From Trueperaceae bacterium (GTDB taxonomy: Bacteria > Deinococcota > Deinococci > Deinococcales > Trueperaceae), in NCBI GenBank assembly GCA_965213925.1, contig OZ243927.1:576001-640000 (forward strand): a stretch of DNA of 64,000 bases, written 5' to 3'. This document shows, piece after piece, positions 36,738 through 46,842 of this stretch. Made by a program: the position numbers and the translations under genes. Positions within the stretch are counted from its first letter, which is position 1. Each line of letters opens with the position of its first letter. The notes below the pieces were generated by a model, which did not search any database, was not told the origin of the DNA, and saw nothing but the letters and a program-made list of their open reading frames with translations.

Positions 36738-39092
36738 CTATCCCCGAACGCCCGCGTCCCTAAGTGCCTTCCACACCTTTTCACGCTTTAGGGGCATGTC
36801 GAGGTGACGCACGCCGAGCGGTGAAAGCGCGTCCACGACAGCGTTTACGAACGCCGCAGGCGAGCCCACGTTGGGCGACTCGCCCACGCCCTTCGCGCCA
36901 ATAGGGTGGTGCGGTGACGGGGTGACGGTGTTGTCCGTCTCCCAACTAGGCGTCTCATACGAGGTCGGCAAGAGGTAGTCCAAGAAGTTCGTGTTCTGGT
37001 TGTGTCCGTCCTCGTCGTAGGTGATTTCTTGCATAAAGGCGATCGCGAAGCCCTCAGTCAGCCCCCCGTGAATCTGCCCCTCGACGATCATCGGGTTAAT
37101 CACCGTGCCGCAGTCATCCACCGCCAAGAAGCGGCGCACTTTGACCTCGCCCGTCGCTTTGTCCACGTCTACGACGCAGATATACGCGCCGTGCGGGAAG
37201 GTCATGTTGGGCGGGTCGTAGTAGTAAGTGGCTTCTAAGCCGGGCTCTAAACCTTCGGGCGGATTCGTGTAGGCGGCGAACGCCACCTCTTGCATCGTGA
37301 CGCTCTTTTCGGGTACGCCCTTCACCTGAAACTTGTAATCCTCCCACTCGACATCCTGCTCGCCCGCTTCCAAAAGGTGCGCCGCGATCTTCTTCGCCTT
37401 CTCGCGGATGCGCCGCGCCCCGAGTGCGAGTGCGCCCCCGGCGACGGGCGTGCTGCGGCTGGCGTACGTGCCGAGCCCATAGGGAGCCGTATCCGTGTCG
37501 CCCTCTTCGACGGTGATGTTGGCGATGTCCAAGCCGAGTTCTTCCGCTACAATCTGCGCCCAGGTCGTCTCGTGTCCTTGCCCCTGCGACTTCGTGCCCG
37601 CGCGGACGATGGCGCTACCCGTCGGGTGGATGCGGATTTCAGAGGAGTCGAACATCTTGATGCCCAAGATGTCGAACTGCTTACCGGGTCCTGCACCGAC
37701 GATCTCTGTAAAGGTCGAGATGCCAATGCCCATGTACTCGCCGCGCTCGCGCTTTTCGGCTTGCTCTTTTAAGAGGTCTTGGTAGCCGATGCCGTCCAAT
37801 GCCTTTTGAAAGGTCGTGTGGTAGTCGCCACTGTCGTAGGTCCAATTGAGCGCGGACGGGTACGGGAACTGCTCTTTTTTGATGAAGTTTTTGAAACGGA
37901 GGTCGGCGGCGTCCATCTCCAGTTCATCAGCGAGCACGTCCATCGTCCGCTCGATGAGGTACGCCGCTTCGGTCACGCGGAACGAGCAGCGGTAGGCGAT
38001 GCCGCCGGGCGTCTTGTTGGTGTAGTAGGCGTCCACCTGGGCGTAAGCAACCGGGAAGTCGTACGAGCCCGTGCAGACACCGAAGAGCCCCGCAGGAAAC
38101 TTCGAAGGGTCCGCCGCCGCGTCGAACGCACCGTGATCTGCGATGGTCGAGACTTTGAGCGCGGTGACTTTGCCCTCTTTGGTCGCGCCGATTTTGGCTT
38201 CCATGTGGTAGTCACGGGCGAACGCCGAGGTCGTGAGGTTCTCCGTGCGTGTCTCCACCCACTTCACGGGCACGCCGAGCGTCAAGGAGGCGACGATGGC
38301 GCACACGTAACCGGGATACACAGGCACTTTGTTGCCAAAGCCGCCGCCGATGTCGGGCGAGACCACGCGGATGTTGTTCTCGGGGATGCCCGATACGAGC
38401 GAGAAGACCGTGCGGTGCGCGTGCGGCGCTTGCGAGGTCATGTAGAAGGTCAACTTGTTCGTCGCGGGGTTCATATCGGCGACGCAGCCGCAGGGCTCGA
38501 TAGGTGCGGGGTGGCAACGCTGGTAGGTCATCTTCTGGGTGACGACGACTTCGGACTCGGCGAGCGCCCTATCCGTGCCGTCTTCGTCACCAACATTCCA
38601 GGTGAAGATGTGGTTGTTGCGTTGCTCGCGGTCATCGCGCAGGACGGGGGCGTCGGGCTCAGCAGCTTGGTACGGGTCCACCACGACGGGCAGCGGCTCA
38701 TACGTAACTTCGACAGCGGCTGCGCCGTCGGCAGCCGCTTCGCGCGTTTCGGCGACGACGGCGGCAACCTCTTGGTAGTGGTACATCACCTTGCCGATGC
38801 CCAAGACCATCTGCTTGTCGCCTGCGAGGGTCGGAATCCAGGAAAGCCCGGCGGCATCTAAGTCTTCACCTGTAATGACCGCCTTGACGCCCGGCACTTC
38901 CAGCGCTTTAGTCGTGTCGATGCTGACGATTTTGGCGTGAGCGTGCGGGCTGTGGACTAAGGACATGTAGAGCATTCCAGGGAGGACGTGGTCGTCTAAG
39001 TAGTTGCCTCTACCCTGAATGAAGCGCGGGTCTTCTTTGCGTTTGACGCTCTGACCCACCGAACGGCATTTTTTAGTTGCAGTAACGCTCAT
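36738..39092 (-). CDS. coxL: Aerobic carbon monoxide dehydrogenase large subunit, form I
   Basis: Active-site loop AYRCSFR (form I AYxCSFR), GGGFGNK, QGQGHETT and AKGVGES. Confidence 0.95.
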   Translation of the reverse strand: MSVTATKKCRSVGQSVKRKEDPRFIQGRGNYLDDHVLPGMLYMSLVHSPHAHAKIVSIDTTKALEVPGVKAVITGEDLDAAGLSWIPTLAGDKQMVLGIGKVMYHYQEVAAVVAETREAAADGAAAVEVTYEPLPVVVDPYQAAEPDAPVLRDDREQRNNHIFTWNVGDEDGTDRALAESEVVVTQKMTYQRCHPAPIEPCGCVADMNPATNKLTFYMTSQAPHAHRTVFSLVSGIPENNIRVVSPDIGGGFGNKVPVYPGYVCAIVASLTLGVPVKWVETRTENLTTSAFARDYHMEAKIGATKEGKVTALKVSTIADHGAFDAAADPSKFPAGLFGVCTGSYDFPVAYAQVDAYYTNKTPGGIAYRCSFRVTEAAYLIERTMDVLADELEMDAADLRFKNFIKKEQFPYPSALNWTYDSGDYHTTFQKALDGIGYQDLLKEQAEKRERGEYMGIGISTFTEIVGAGPGKQFDILGIKMFDSSEIRIHPTGSAIVRAGTKSQGQGHETTWAQIVAEELGLDIANITVEEGDTDTAPYGLGTYASRSTPVAGGALALGARRIREKAKKIAAHLLEAGEQDVEWEDYKFQVKGVPEKSVTMQEVAFAAYTNPPEGLEPGLEATYYYDPPNMTFPHGAYICVVDVDKATGEVKVRRFLAVDDCGTVINPMIVEGQIHGGLTEGFAIAFMQEITYDEDGHNQNTNFLDYLLPTSYETPSWETDNTVTPSPHHPIGAKGVGESPNVGSPAAFVNAVVDALSPLGVRHLDMPLKREKVWKALRDAGVRG

Positions 39093-39099
39093 GTGTCTC

Positions 39100-39597
39100 C
39101 TAATCCGCTGCCTGGGCAGGCTCTGAGAGGGCCTCGGCGGCTTGCTTCACAGCTTTAACGATGTTGTTGTAGCCGGTGCAGCGGCACAAGTTGCCCGATA
39201 TCGCGAAGCGAATCTCCTCTTCGCTCGGGGTCGGGTTGTCCTGCAACAGCGCGTGCGAGGTCAGGATCATGCCGGGGGTGCAGTAGCCGCACTGGAGCCC
39301 GTGCTGGTCCCAGAAGGCTTGCTGCAAGGGGTGGAGGTTCGCGCCGCCGCCCATGCCCTCGATGGTGGTGACGTCTGCGCCTTCGGCTTGTACCGCGAAC
39401 ATGGTGCAGGACTTGACGGGGACGCCGTCTACCAAGACCGTGCACGCGCCGCAACTCGTCGAGTCGCAGCCGACGTGCGTGCCGGTGAGACCCGCGTCGC
39501 GGATGGCGTAGGCTAAGAGGGTGCGGGGTTCGACGTCTAGCGCAACCTGTTTTCCGTTGACGTTGACTTCGACGGTTTGCTTTTTAACTTCACTCAC
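39100..39597 (-). CDS. coxS: CO dehydrogenase small (2x[2Fe-2S]) subunit
   Basis: [20 protein letters not shown] and NLCRCTGY. Confidence 0.95.
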   Translation of the reverse strand: MSEVKKQTVEVNVNGKQVALDVEPRTLLAYAIRDAGLTGTHVGCDSTSCGACTVLVDGVPVKSCTMFAVQAEGADVTTIEGMGGGANLHPLQQAFWDQHGLQCGYCTPGMILTSHALLQDNPTPSEEEIRFAISGNLCRCTGYNNIVKAVKQAAEALSEPAQAAD

Positions 39598-40469
39598 GCT
39601 ACTTCGACTCCTAAACGTGCGGCGGCGCGGTATAGGCCCCTCGAGACCAACACCCGCACCATATCTCTCTTGTATTCGGCTGAGCCCCGCGTGTCGCTCT
39701 TGGGCTCCGCCACCTTCATCGCCGCTTCGGAGGCGGCTTCAATCGACTCTTCCGTGAGGTAGTAGCCGCGCAAAATCTCTTCGGCTTCCTCCGCCCGGCG
39801 CGGCTCCGGCGCGACCGCCGCCATGCTGATGCCGACTTCACGAATAGAGTTATTCTCACCCAAGGTCACTTGAACGGCAGCGGACGCCGTCGCCCAGTCG
39901 CCGATTTTGCGCTTGACCTTTTCGTATGCGCCTGCCGTATAACGGTCTAACGTAGGAAAGCGCACTTCGGTCAGCATTTCGCCCTCTTGCAACGAGGTTT
40001 GGTAGTGTCCGGTCAAGAAGTCGTCGATATCCTGCGTGCGCGTACCGTTTTGCCCGCGAATGACAACTTCCGCCCTCGACGCTAGCGCCGCTGACCCCCA
40101 GTCGCCCGAGGGGTCGTTATACGCGAGGCTGCCCGCGACGGTGCCGCGTCTACGGACGATAGGGTCCGCGACGGTGCGCGACACGTCCGCGAGCAGGTGA
40201 TACCTCTCGTTGATGAGCCCGGACGACTCCACATCCGAGCTGCGCGTGAGCGCGCCTAAACTGAGCGTTCCATTTTCGTTAAGGTAGCCCAAACCCTCAA
40301 TTTTGTTGATATCGACTAAAACGCCCGGCTGTATCAAGCGGTAGCGCATGTCTGGGATGAGGCTCTGACCGCCCGCTAACAGTTTGGCGTCCGCGCCGTG
40401 CTGGGCTAAGAGGTCTAAAGCCTCTTCAACCGACATCGCGCGGTGATACTCGAAGCTTGCTGGAAACAT
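39594..40469 (-). CDS. coxM: CO dehydrogenase medium (FAD) subunit
   Basis: [27 protein letters not shown] and [10 protein letters not shown]. Confidence 0.93.
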   Translation of the reverse strand: MFPASFEYHRAMSVEEALDLLAQHGADAKLLAGGQSLIPDMRYRLIQPGVLVDINKIEGLGYLNENGTLSLGALTRSSDVESSGLINERYHLLADVSRTVADPIVRRRGTVAGSLAYNDPSGDWGSAALASRAEVVIRGQNGTRTQDIDDFLTGHYQTSLQEGEMLTEVRFPTLDRYTAGAYEKVKRKIGDWATASAAVQVTLGENNSIREVGISMAAVAPEPRRAEEAEEILRGYYLTEESIEAASEAAMKVAEPKSDTRGSAEYKRDMVRVLVSRGLYRAAARLGVEVA

Positions 40470-40706
40470 GGTTGAACCTGTTATCGTGACCACCCTCTTG
40501 AGAGCGCCCAAATGTGGGCGCTGGACCGTGTCAAGGTTTGATGCAGAGTCGTTCTGCTCCTTGCTATAAAATTCACCTGTAAGAGCATAACAGAGAAAGA
40601 GGGTGTAAGTAAAAAAGACTGTGCTGTAAGAGGGATTTTTTACATCTAATTAAGAAAAGATGAAGGTGCTCGGCACAGATTTGTAGGTGTCCCGTTTTGT
40701 GTTTAA

Positions 40707-40877
40707 CTACACTGTCAATTAAGATTTGCGACACTGTTGTCACCCCGAGCTTGTCGAGGGGTCTCGCCTTCCAATCCCAACTAGTCGAGATTGGAAGACG
40801 AGATTCTTTCGCGGAGTCTATCCTATGCTCGCGTAGGGCTCAGAATGACATGACTCACTTTTTAGTTGACGGTGTAC
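40707..40877. mobile_element. MITE-like non-autonomous element, copy 2
   Basis: TACACTGTCAA ... TTGACGGTGTA terminal IR; shares GTTGTCACCCCG, GTCGAGGGGTCTCG, GAGATTCTTTC and TCAGAATGACA blocks with the reverse complement of copy 1. Confidence 0.75.
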
Positions 40878-40945
40878 TGACTCGCGTCTTTTACGGACAT
40901 GATGTCGCTGTGCACGCGAAGCGTGGTACACCGCCTAAATTTTAG

Positions 40946-40970
40946 GAGGGCTCGAGTGACTCGAGCCCTC
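40946..40970 (-). terminator. Hairpin downstream of otsB
   Basis: GAGGGCTCGAG-tga-CTCGAGCCCTC perfect stem. Confidence 0.55.
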
Positions 40971-40991
40971 TCAATTCCCAAGAAGTTTGAT

Positions 40992-41690
40992 TCAGAGATA
41001 GCGTTTCAAATAAGCGACAACTGCGTCCACATCCGCCAAACGCTCTTGCGCTTTTGTCTCGCCTTGTCCGACTTTGACGCTCAGTCCTGCATCTAAATCC
41101 GCTAAAACCTCGAACGCTTCCTCATCGGTCGTATCGTCGCCGATGAAGATGGGTTCTTTGTCCGAATGCTCTTGGACCAGCCGCTCGACCGCCCGCCCCT
41201 TGCTGTACCCCTCAGGACGCAACTCCAAGACGTTCTTGCCCCACAAGCGGCTCAAATTTTCGGGTTGTTGTTGCGCCCAAGACTCGAGCCTCTCTCTACC
41301 CTCAGCCGAGACCTCTCTGTAGTGAAAGGCAATCGCTGACCCCTTATCCTCCACCTTCAACCCTTCAAGTTCAGGGAAGTCCTGCCGCACTTCGTCCAAC
41401 GTCTCTAAATCCTCTTGAGAAACCGCCGGCGCGACCTCTCCCCCCAGCACGCCCTCTTCCATCCCGTGCACGCCGATAACGCGCAGACCCTCGACGTGTA
41501 AGAGGCTGCTTAGGTCATCGGCGGCGCGTCCCGTGACGATGTAAACCGGATGCGCTTCGTTCAGCCTTGTGAGCAGGTCCGGCACCTCTTCGTGCGGATG
41601 CGCCTCATCTGGATTATCGACGACTTCTGCTAGCGTACCGTCGTAATCGAGCATCAGGAGTGGATTTTGAACGGTGGGAACATCGCTCAT
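40992..41690 (-). CDS. otsB: Trehalose-6-phosphate phosphatase
   Basis: HAD motif DYDGTL, VTGR, HGME, KG.AV and GDDTTDE. Confidence 0.93.
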   Translation of the reverse strand: MSDVPTVQNPLLMLDYDGTLAEVVDNPDEAHPHEEVPDLLTRLNEAHPVYIVTGRAADDLSSLLHVEGLRVIGVHGMEEGVLGGEVAPAVSQEDLETLDEVRQDFPELEGLKVEDKGSAIAFHYREVSAEGRERLESWAQQQPENLSRLWGKNVLELRPEGYSKGRAVERLVQEHSDKEPIFIGDDTTDEEAFEVLADLDAGLSVKVGQGETKAQERLADVDAVVAYLKRYL

Positions 41691-43060
41691 GAGGATGCGT
41701 TACGTCCCTCTAAAGAATTTAGGAAACCTTCCGCCCAGCCGTGCACGTCGAGCGACTTGACCTGCTCTCTAAGTTTGGCGGCGCGTTCTCTTCGCTTCTC
41801 CTCTGGCGTGGTCAGCGCCTCTTTAATCGCGGCGCTGACCTCTTCGATGTCGAAGGGGTTGACGCGCAAGGTCTCGGTCAGTACGTTGGCGGCTCCGGTC
41901 AAGTTCGACAAGATGAGCGTGCCTTTTTCGGTGATGAGCGAGAACTCCTGCGCCACCACGTTCATCCCGTCGCGGATGGGCGTGATCAGCGCGGCGTCGG
42001 CGGCTAAGTAGACGCTCGCCAACTCCTCCTGGGGAAACGAGCGGTAGAGGTAGCGCACCGGCACCCAGTCGCCCTGCATGTACGCGCCGTTGATGCGCCC
42101 CGCGATTTCGTCCACGGTGCGCTTGAGTTCTTGATACGACTCGACCCTCGTGCGGCTCGGCGAGGCGACTTGGTAGAGCGTGACCTTGCCCTGGTAGTCG
42201 GGGTTGTGCTCTAAAAAGTGCTCGAAGGCTAAGAGGCGTTCGGGCAAGCCCTTCGTGTAGTCGAGCCGGTCCACGCCCACGATAATGTGTTCGCTATGGA
42301 TACTCGCTTTTAGCTCCTCGGCTCCCTTTTGTACGCTCTCTTTGTCAGCGAATCCCTCAAAACGCGCCGTGTCGATGCCGATGGGGTGCGCCTCTGCGCG
42401 AATCGTGCGCCCTTCATAATAGACGCAGTTGCCCTCGACGGTTGCGCCCACGTCCTTGGCAGCCTCTAAAAAATTGCCCGCATACGCCTCGTTGTGAAAG
42501 CCCAAGAGGTCTGCGCCCAAGAGTCCTTTGGTCAATTCTTTCGCCCAGGGCAGCGTACGCCACACCTCGACGGCGGGCCACGGGATGTGGAAGAAAAAGC
42601 CGATGCGGGCGTCCGGTTGTTGCTCGCGCACAAAGCCGGGCGCTAAGAGCAGGTGATAGTCCTGAATCCACACCGCGTCGCCTTCTGAATACGTTTCCGC
42701 GACGGCGTCCGCGAAGCGCCGGTTGACCTCGGCGTAGTCGTCGAAAAACTCTTGTCGAAGGTCCATCTGTTCGATAAAATAGTGGCAGACGGGCCAAAGA
42801 ACGCGGTTGGCGAGCCCGTAGTAGTAGTTGCCGACCTCTTCATCGCTGAGCTTGAGGCGTTTGACCTCTAAGATGGGGTCGTCTTCGGGATACTGAATAC
42901 TCGGGACTTCGTCCGCCTTCTCTTCGCCCCAGGCGACCCAGACGCCGCCGCGCTTCTCTAAAACGGGCAAGAGCGCCGTGGTGAGACCGCCCACCGAGGG
43001 TTGCCAACTGCCGTTCTCCTCTTGCAGTGGTTCGCGGTTGGAGACGATTATGAGTGACAT
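41687..43060 (-). CDS. otsA: Trehalose-6-phosphate synthase
   Basis: VSNR, GGLTTAL, WIQDYHL, FFHIPWP, VDRLDYTKG and DGMNVVAQE. Confidence 0.95.
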   Translation of the reverse strand: MSLIIVSNREPLQEENGSWQPSVGGLTTALLPVLEKRGGVWVAWGEEKADEVPSIQYPEDDPILEVKRLKLSDEEVGNYYYGLANRVLWPVCHYFIEQMDLRQEFFDDYAEVNRRFADAVAETYSEGDAVWIQDYHLLLAPGFVREQQPDARIGFFFHIPWPAVEVWRTLPWAKELTKGLLGADLLGFHNEAYAGNFLEAAKDVGATVEGNCVYYEGRTIRAEAHPIGIDTARFEGFADKESVQKGAEELKASIHSEHIIVGVDRLDYTKGLPERLLAFEHFLEHNPDYQGKVTLYQVASPSRTRVESYQELKRTVDEIAGRINGAYMQGDWVPVRYLYRSFPQEELASVYLAADAALITPIRDGMNVVAQEFSLITEKGTLILSNLTGAANVLTETLRVNPFDIEEVSAAIKEALTTPEEKRRERAAKLREQVKSLDVHGWAEGFLNSLEGRNASS

Positions 43061-43419
43061 AGCTGTCCTTCAAAAATAGTTCTGAACTTCAAACCCTGTT
43101 TCATGCTCAACCTCAGTTCCACTAGATAGTTCCCTGTAACGTCCGACACAGTGTTGTGCCGTTTCGATCTGATCACGACCGTCCCCCTCGCTGCAGCGTA
43201 CATCAATGCTGGTGGCGCTGCACGCACGATTTAGCTTCACGCTGAGCGTGTTACAATCGTCTGCCGCCTCTAGTATAGCGGCGCGATCAGCCTAGCATTC
43301 TCGCGTCAGAGAACTTTGTCATCGTTCTTGACACTTTCTAATCTTTTCGGCTGTGAAACTGGCGCGTGTACCATTCTTACGCCGCTCAAACGCTTCGAAA
43401 AAACTGTTTCGTGCCCTTT

Positions 43420-43448
43420 TTGACAAAGCTGCGCTACAAGCATACAAT
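43420..43448 (+). promoter_or_regulatory. Near-consensus sigma70 promoter
   Basis: TTGACA-17nt-TACAAT. Confidence 0.75.
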
Positions 43449-43664
43449 GGAACGCGAATTTTAGAGCGAACGTTCGTTAGGCAGAACGCGAGGAGATACG
43501 AAACCGCTTTGCAAGCACAGATTAAGCGGAGGCGCGCTTTCGTCGGACGACTTCTAACTCTCCGGTGAGGTCTGTAACGTGGCGCGTCCTAGAGCGGGAG
43601 GTGCAAAAGGACCGACGCCGCGCATTACGGATACGCACGCCAAAAATATAGGACGAGGTGAACG

Positions 43665-43985
43665 GTGAGCAGTCATAGAGATATCGAAAGGGACAAAGAG
43701 GCGACAAAGCGGCAGCTCGAGCGGCCACAGCCCGCCCAAAACGGCAAGAATTGGTTGGGACACGCAGCAGGCAGCCGCGCCGCCAAAATCGACGCGATGC
43801 TCCTTAGGGGCGAGCCTTTGGGTAAGATGGCGGCGGCTTTCGACGCGGAGCAGCGCCGCGAGGTGGTCAGGAGGAGCATCTTAAAGCACTTCAAGCACCT
43901 GGAGAAAGAACACGGCTTGAGCGTGGTCAAAGAGGGGGCGGCGTATAGGTTTGGGCTCGGGGAAAACAGTCGTCGGGCGCGGTAG
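43665..43985 (+). CDS. Small basic hypothetical protein, possibly DNA-binding
   Basis: GAGGTG RBS, GTG start, R/K-rich, winged-helix-like pattern. Confidence 0.5.
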   Translation: MSSHRDIERDKEATKRQLERPQPAQNGKNWLGHAAGSRAAKIDAMLLRGEPLGKMAAAFDAEQRREVVRRSILKHFKHLEKEHGLSVVKEGAAYRFGLGENSRRAR

Positions 43986-44013
43986 CACTTACCCTGACAC
44001 CTGACTACCTTAC

Positions 44014-46563
44014 CTACTCCCCGCCTAGCGCCGTGACAGGGGAAAGCTTCGCGGCGCGGCGGGCAGGCAGAAGCGAGGCTAGAAGCCCGACCACGGGCGA
44101 ACTTAGCAGCGCTAGGGCGATGAGACGCCAAGGGTAGACGGGCGTGATGCGGTAGCCCGTAAGTGCATTGGCACCCGCCGTAATCACCGTCGAGAGCAGC
44201 ACGCCGCTGGCGATTCCCAAAACCGTACCGACGACGATGATGACCACCCCTTCCGCCGAGATGAGCCGCCGCACGCCGCGCCGCGTGAGCCCCAAGGTGC
44301 GCAAAACCGCGATCTCGTGCTGGCGGCTACTTAAGTTCATGCCGAGCGTGTTGGCGACGCCTAGTGCGGCGATAAAGACCGCCAAAATGAGCAAGCCGTT
44401 CGTGGTCGCGAAAGTCTGCTGCGTTAGGGTAAGGATGCGCTCGCGGTAGGACTGGTTCAAGGTGATGTCTAAATAGAGTTCTGGAAACGCTCCTATGAGT
44501 GACTCGCGCACCGCTTGCGGGTCCGCGCCCTCTTGCAGGGTCATCACGAAGAGGTCGGGCGTGCCGCCGCCGAAGAGGTCTGCGTCTTTTAAGCTGCCGA
44601 CAAAGGCTTCGCCGCCGCCTGTGAAGTCCACGATAACACCGCCTACCTCGAAGCCTTGAAAGCCCTCGTTCGTGCGGAGCTGCACCTCGTCGCCCTGCTC
44701 GACGCCGAAGCGGTCTAAAATCGTGTTCGCCGCTAAGACCTGACCGCCACTGCGCAGTGTCTCGTAGGCGGCTCTCGCGTCGCCTTGTCCCTCGATAAAC
44801 TGGAACGTGCCGAAGCCGCCGTCGGGATTAAAGCGTTCAGGGTCCACCAGGACGAGCGCGACGCTGCGCCCTCTCGCCCCCTCTTCGGCTTCAAAGCGCA
44901 CCACGCGCACGCCGACGCCGCTGACGACGTCCAGTTCTGGCACACGCTGCGCCGCCGCCTGCTCGAAGCCTTCGGGGAAGCTCACGGGCGTCGTGACAAA
45001 GAGGTCGCCGACGATAGTCGTGTCCACCCAAGCGCGGATCGACTGGTTGATGCCCGCGACCATCGCGCCGACGCCGATGGTCAAACCCATGCCGACGATG
45101 ACCGCGCCTATAGCCACGCCGTTACGCTCCGCGTTGCGCAGGGTAAAAGACGCGCCCAGCTTGCCCGCCACACCGTAAACGCGCGTGAAGATAGGGCGCA
45201 AGAGGGTAAGTACGGGGGGCAACAGTAGCGGCGTGATGAGGGTGATGCCTAAAAAGAGCAGGCCCATCGCCAACGCGCTGCCGAAGAGCGCCCAACCGCC
45301 CTGCCACGGGCTGAGCGCCGCAGCGACGCCGCCGATGAGGAAGGGCCAACCCAGGTGCGGGTTGCGCGAGGGGGCTTCTTCGGTCTGCCTCGAGGCGGCG
45401 ATGGGGCGCGTCTGCGAGGCAGCCTGAGCCGGCAAGATACCCGCTAAGAGCGAGACCAGCACGCCGACCGTGCTCGCCAAGAGAACGTTGTTGACGGGGA
45501 TCACCAGCGTGCGAAACTCGAAGCCTAAACTCTGCGCCTGAAGCTGCGTAATGCCCAGCGAGAGAAGCACCCCGAGCGTGAGCCCGAGCGCGACCCCGAG
45601 CAAGCTCACGAGCGCCGCTTCGACCAAGGCTAAGCGCTGCACCTGCGCCCGCGTGAAACAGATCGTGCGCAGGAGCGCGTACTCGCGGGTACGCTCGACC
45701 ACGCCCGCCGCGAAGGTGTTGTACGCCATAAAGCCGCCCAGCGCGATGAGCGTCGCGGCGAGTACGCGTAGACCCGCTTGGATCGTGTCCACCACACCCG
45801 TCGCCAGGTTGCCGCTGCCTGCGGGCAGGGTGACGGTATACGCGCTTCCTAAGGTAGACTCGAGCCGCCTTTGCACCTCCGCCGCCGCGCTGCCGTCCGC
45901 GACCAAGACCTCTAAGAAAGACGCCCGACCCGAAAGCCGAAACGCCTCCTGCACGTCGCTAAGGTTCGCAATCCCGACCCGTCCGCCGTTGGTGCTCGGT
46001 AAGCCGATGGAGTCGTCCAAGAGTCCGGTGACGGTGAAGGGCACGTCGCCGAAGCGCGAGGCGAAGGCGATCTCCTGACCGACCTCGTAACCGCGCGTGC
46101 GAGCGAAGCCAGACGCGAGCGCGACGCCTCTCGAGCCCGCCTCTGGGAGTGTGCCCTCTTCAAGCTCCGCCGGCAAGTCTTCGGGCATCTGCGTCTCGCG
46201 CCCCGAAAGCTGAAAGCCCGAGTCCACGCCCGGAATCACCGAGTCGGAAAAGCCCTGAATGTCGCGCACGGGCTCGGCGCGTTCGTTTAGAACTGGGTGC
46301 ACGCGTAAGACGCCAGGCGTGTTCTCGACCTGGTCTAAGATATCGTCAACCGAAAAGACCGCCCGACCCTGTGCGCCAGGGGTGACGAGCAAGTCTGCCT
46401 TGCCCGCCGCGGCGTCCAGCGTGCTTCTGACGTTGGCTTCGACGTTGTCACCCACGGATAGTGTGGCGAGCACCGCCGCGATGCCGAGCGCGACCCCGAG
46501 AGTGGTCGCCACGCTGCGCCAAGGGTGGCGCAGCAGATTACGAAAGGCTAAGCGCAATAACAT
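44014..46563 (-). CDS. FtsX/MacB-like ABC transporter permease (duplicated)
   Basis: AFRNLLRHPWRS, ERTREYALLR and RQHEIAVLRTLG; two halves. Confidence 0.9.
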   Translation of the reverse strand: MLLRLAFRNLLRHPWRSVATTLGVALGIAAVLATLSVGDNVEANVRSTLDAAAGKADLLVTPGAQGRAVFSVDDILDQVENTPGVLRVHPVLNERAEPVRDIQGFSDSVIPGVDSGFQLSGRETQMPEDLPAELEEGTLPEAGSRGVALASGFARTRGYEVGQEIAFASRFGDVPFTVTGLLDDSIGLPSTNGGRVGIANLSDVQEAFRLSGRASFLEVLVADGSAAAEVQRRLESTLGSAYTVTLPAGSGNLATGVVDTIQAGLRVLAATLIALGGFMAYNTFAAGVVERTREYALLRTICFTRAQVQRLALVEAALVSLLGVALGLTLGVLLSLGITQLQAQSLGFEFRTLVIPVNNVLLASTVGVLVSLLAGILPAQAASQTRPIAASRQTEEAPSRNPHLGWPFLIGGVAAALSPWQGGWALFGSALAMGLLFLGITLITPLLLPPVLTLLRPIFTRVYGVAGKLGASFTLRNAERNGVAIGAVIVGMGLTIGVGAMVAGINQSIRAWVDTTIVGDLFVTTPVSFPEGFEQAAAQRVPELDVVSGVGVRVVRFEAEEGARGRSVALVLVDPERFNPDGGFGTFQFIEGQGDARAAYETLRSGGQVLAANTILDRFGVEQGDEVQLRTNEGFQGFEVGGVIVDFTGGGEAFVGSLKDADLFGGGTPDLFVMTLQEGADPQAVRESLIGAFPELYLDITLNQSYRERILTLTQQTFATTNGLLILAVFIAALGVANTLGMNLSSRQHEIAVLRTLGLTRRGVRRLISAEGVVIIVVGTVLGIASGVLLSTVITAGANALTGYRITPVYPWRLIALALLSSPVVGLLASLLPARRAAKLSPVTALGGE

Positions 46564-46842
46564 GGGCTGAGTGTAACAGAGCCTAGCGGCGCGCTGCGCA
46601 TTCTGGTGAGCCTTTTTCGCTCGCTCCTAGAGGTGTGATGGACCTTACAACATTCGAGCGCAAGCCTGCGCCGCAGTTGACGCCGCAGCGAAAAAGAGAG
46701 AACCGCACCTCGGTCAAGCGAAGGGGGCTTGCCCGGAAACGGTATTCGCACGAACGTATCTGTTACGGACTAAAGCGCGCGACGCTCAAATGTACGTGGC
46801 ATTTCTCACATCGGCTGCTACACTGGAAGACGGAACCTCTCT

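Noticed and set aside
37779..38861. 360-aa plus-strand ORF and the many other short overlapping ORFs in the track
   Set aside because: These are antisense or alternate-frame shadows of well-supported genes such as coxL, expected at high GC, and carry no motifs.
36738..39092. Form II CODH or xanthine dehydrogenase
   Set aside because: The active-site loop is AYRCSFR, not AYxGAGR, and the gene order is M-S-L.
43488..43497. LexA box
   Set aside because: CGAACGTTCG lacks the 4-nt spacer of CGAAC-N4-GTTCG.
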